A DNA stretch of 62,557 nucleotides, the filler included, from Sphingomonadaceae bacterium (lineage in GTDB: Bacteria; Chloroflexota; UBA6077), in assembly GCA_050261575.1 (NCBI GenBank). It is 3 parts of 3 records of this genome, joined end to end, with 100 filler letters (N's around TTAATTAATTAA, not from the genome) between each part and the next. Parts side by side here need not be neighbours in the genome. Positions count along the whole stretch, not along the records: positions 50,444 to 62,557 come from JBLNDL010000043.1; 2 more parts are not named here. One strand, 5' to 3'. The notes under the pieces were generated by a model, which saw nothing but the letters and a program-made list of their open reading frames with translations, had not been told where the DNA came from and did no database searches. The translations under genes were made by a program, and so were the position numbers. Shown here one piece after another: positions 60,876 through 62,557 of this stretch (positions are counted from its first letter, which is position 1; every line of letters begins with the position of its first letter).

Positions 60876-61162
60876 TCCATTCCCTCCTTTCGCCCGATGC
60901 CGACGCGGAAGAACTCCATCGTGGCGGCGAGCGCCTCCTCGAAAGCGGAAACGTTGAGACTGTAGACGATGGTGCTGCCCCGGCGCTCGGTGCTGATCAG
61001 GTCGGCGGCCTTCAGGACGTTGAAGTGGCCCGAGAGGGTGGACCTGGCCAGGGAGAAGTGCTCGGCGATCTCCCCAGCGGACATCTCCCTCGATTGCAGC
61101 AGCCGGAGGATCTCCCGCCGGGTAGGATCGCTCAGTGCCCGGAAGACGGCGTCGATGCCCAC
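60872..61162 (-). CDS. sdpR: ArsR-family autorepressor, SdpR-like
   Basis: FRALSDPTRR.IL.LL, AGEIAE.F, S.HF.VLK.A.LI; overlaps the sdpI start; AAGGAG RBS, GTG start. Confidence 0.88.
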   Translation of the reverse strand: MGIDAVFRALSDPTRREILRLLQSREMSAGEIAEHFSLARSTLSGHFNVLKAADLISTERRGSTIVYSLNVSAFEEALAATMEFFRVGIGRKEGME

Positions 61163-61173
61163 AGCAGCACTCC

Positions 61174-61229
61174 TTCGGTATTTCGCCAAACACCGAAACA
61201 AGTCTACGGGGGACGGGCGTCTGTGTCAA
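61174..61229 (-). promoter_or_regulatory. Promoter and SdpR/ArsR-type operator
   Basis: TTGACA-17bp-TAGACT (minus); TATTTCG-N8-CGAAACA and TTCGGT...ACCGAA inverted repeats. Confidence 0.75.
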
Positions 61230-61284
61230 GGGGTAGACGGGCGACCCCTCCCAGGGTGGCGAGGGGTGCCGAGAGCGAGGAGAG

Positions 61285-62268
61285 TCAGGCCAGGTGCACC
61301 CCGGGAATCAGGAACACCGTCCTCCGATCCACGGTCTCCCGCCGGACCCTTCCCTCGTGCTGGAGGTACTGGAGGTGGGCCAGAGCCTCCCCCACAGCGA
61401 ACCACTTCTGGGCCACCGGAAACTGGTCGAAGGACTCGTAGGTCAGGTCCCAGCTCATCCGTGCCGCGACCTGGTAGGCGTCCTTGGGGCCGGACTCGAG
61501 CGCGGCGAGAGCCTCCTCCGCCCTCTCCCGGTGGTGCGCCTGGAGTTCTCGGATCCTGCCCTTGCAGTCGTTGAAGGCTCGCCGGTGGCCCGGCAGCACG
61601 AGGTCCACGTCCAGGCCGTACACCTTCTCCAGGCTAGACAGGTAGCGCGACAGCGCCATCTCCTCGCCGAGCCATCCAGTGATGTTGGGGGTGATGTCAC
61701 CGAGAACGTGGTCGCCGGACACCAGAATCTTTCGGTCGGGCTCGTACAGGCAGAGGTGGCCGACGCTATGCCCCGGCGTCTCCACGCACCGAAAGGCGTA
61801 CTCTCCCACGGAGATGAGATCCCCCTCGCCGACGAGGGTGAACTCCACTGCCCCCCTGGAGCGATACCTGGCGCCGGGATGCTTCTCCGGTACTTGCCGA
61901 AGCTCCTCGGAAGGGAAGCCGTGGGAGGCCGCCCGATCGAGCACGCGGCTCCAATCCGTCCCGTTGACGATGACCTCGGCATCGATGCGACTGCAGTAGG
62001 CCCGCGCCCCCTCGGCGACGAGGTCGTGGACCAGACCCGAGTGATCGGAGTGCATGTGGGTGATGAAGAGGTCGGCTCGACTCGGGTCAACGCCCAGCTC
62101 TCGCAAGCCAGACCGGAGGGCCGTCCTGCACTCCTCCCTGTTCATCCCGGTATCGACGATGAGGGTGCGCTCGGGACCCTCCACGACGTAGCAGTTGATC
62201 GCCTTCAAGGGGTTCCGGGGCAGTGGGATCTCGATTCTGTACAGTCCTGGAAGCATCTCCTCGATCAC
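61285..62268 (-). CDS. MBL-fold metallo-hydrolase with C-terminal winged helix
   Basis: IPLP.NPL..INCY, VDTG, THMHSDHSG, TPGHS.GH, SGDHVL..ITPNI, LPGH, GE.LAHL. Confidence 0.9.
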   Translation of the reverse strand: MIEEMLPGLYRIEIPLPRNPLKAINCYVVEGPERTLIVDTGMNREECRTALRSGLRELGVDPSRADLFITHMHSDHSGLVHDLVAEGARAYCSRIDAEVIVNGTDWSRVLDRAASHGFPSEELRQVPEKHPGARYRSRGAVEFTLVGEGDLISVGEYAFRCVETPGHSVGHLCLYEPDRKILVSGDHVLGDITPNITGWLGEEMALSRYLSSLEKVYGLDVDLVLPGHRRAFNDCKGRIRELQAHHRERAEEALAALESGPKDAYQVAARMSWDLTYESFDQFPVAQKWFAVGEALAHLQYLQHEGRVRRETVDRRTVFLIPGVHLA

Positions 62269-62442
62269 GGGCGCTCACCCCAACAGTCGATTACGGGAGC
62301 CAACGATGCCAACGATGGCGGGAACGGTCCTGTCTGCCCAGGCCAGCGGGGACCATGGGATCGCCCCCTGCCGGGCATCGATCGGCCCCGAGGGCGCGAG
62401 TGTACCAGGAATGGGCGTGACGAGAAAGGGCACCCCGCTCCC

Positions 62443-62557
62443 TCAGGCTCGCTGCCCCGTCGGTGCCCCACGCAGCCGTCCCACTGCCGACAGCAGCTCG
62501 TCCAGTTCGAAAGGTTTGGAGAGGAAGCCATCCGCCTCCACCTCCTCCGCCCAGCAT
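62443..62557 (-). CDS. C-terminal part of a response-regulator receiver domain (truncated by the window edge; not in the ORF track)
   Basis: Frame from 62556 reads WAEEVEADGFLSKPFELDELLSAVGRL..., with the receiver KPF motif; stop at 62443. Confidence 0.75.
   Translation of the reverse strand, partial: CWAEEVEADGFLSKPFELDELLSAVGRLRGAPTGQRA

Overview
High-GC bacterial sequence. It is most likely a Chloroflexota-type monoderm; this is inferred from lipoprotein solute-binding proteins with Ala/Pro/Thr linkers, a class II ribonucleotide reductase and the absence of outer-membrane genes. The window is three contigs joined by artificial N-TTAATTAATTAA-N spacers (1-24106, 24207-50343, 50444-62557). 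Contig 1: an atypical PFK, gltBD, a MarR-regulated heterodimeric ABC exporter, tex, a TctC/Ldh_2/Fe-ADH catabolic module, typA, a small Zn-ribbon gene behind a terminator-containing leader, and a histidine-phosphatase homologue lacking its catalytic His. Contig 2: ribD(partial)-ribE-ribBA-ribH, plsY/gpsA, NrdR-boxed nrdJ, a fused E1 plus E2 2-oxoacid/acetoin dehydrogenase, livKHMGF, csaA, an RRM protein, dCMP deaminase, fumC, a ComEC-like MBL/DUF3006 pair and a peptide/nickel-type ABC importer. Contig 3: an FGGY kinase, malY/patB, a TetR-MacAB-like exporter, a dead IS256, a CPBP protease, sdpRI, an MBL hydrolase and a partial receiver domain. The most unusual signals are non-coding: (i) a ~72-bp MITE family with TA-in-CTAG flanks that overlaps stop codons and apparently one RBS and start codon; (ii) heptamer, octamer and palindromic repeats at gene ends and in frame inside GltD, GltB and MarR; (iii) several candidate structured leader RNAs; (iv) a foreign non-coding segment resembling an IS110-type end that interrupts the IS256. 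No CRISPR array, rRNA or tRNA was recognised. All calls come from reading the sequence; no database searches were run.
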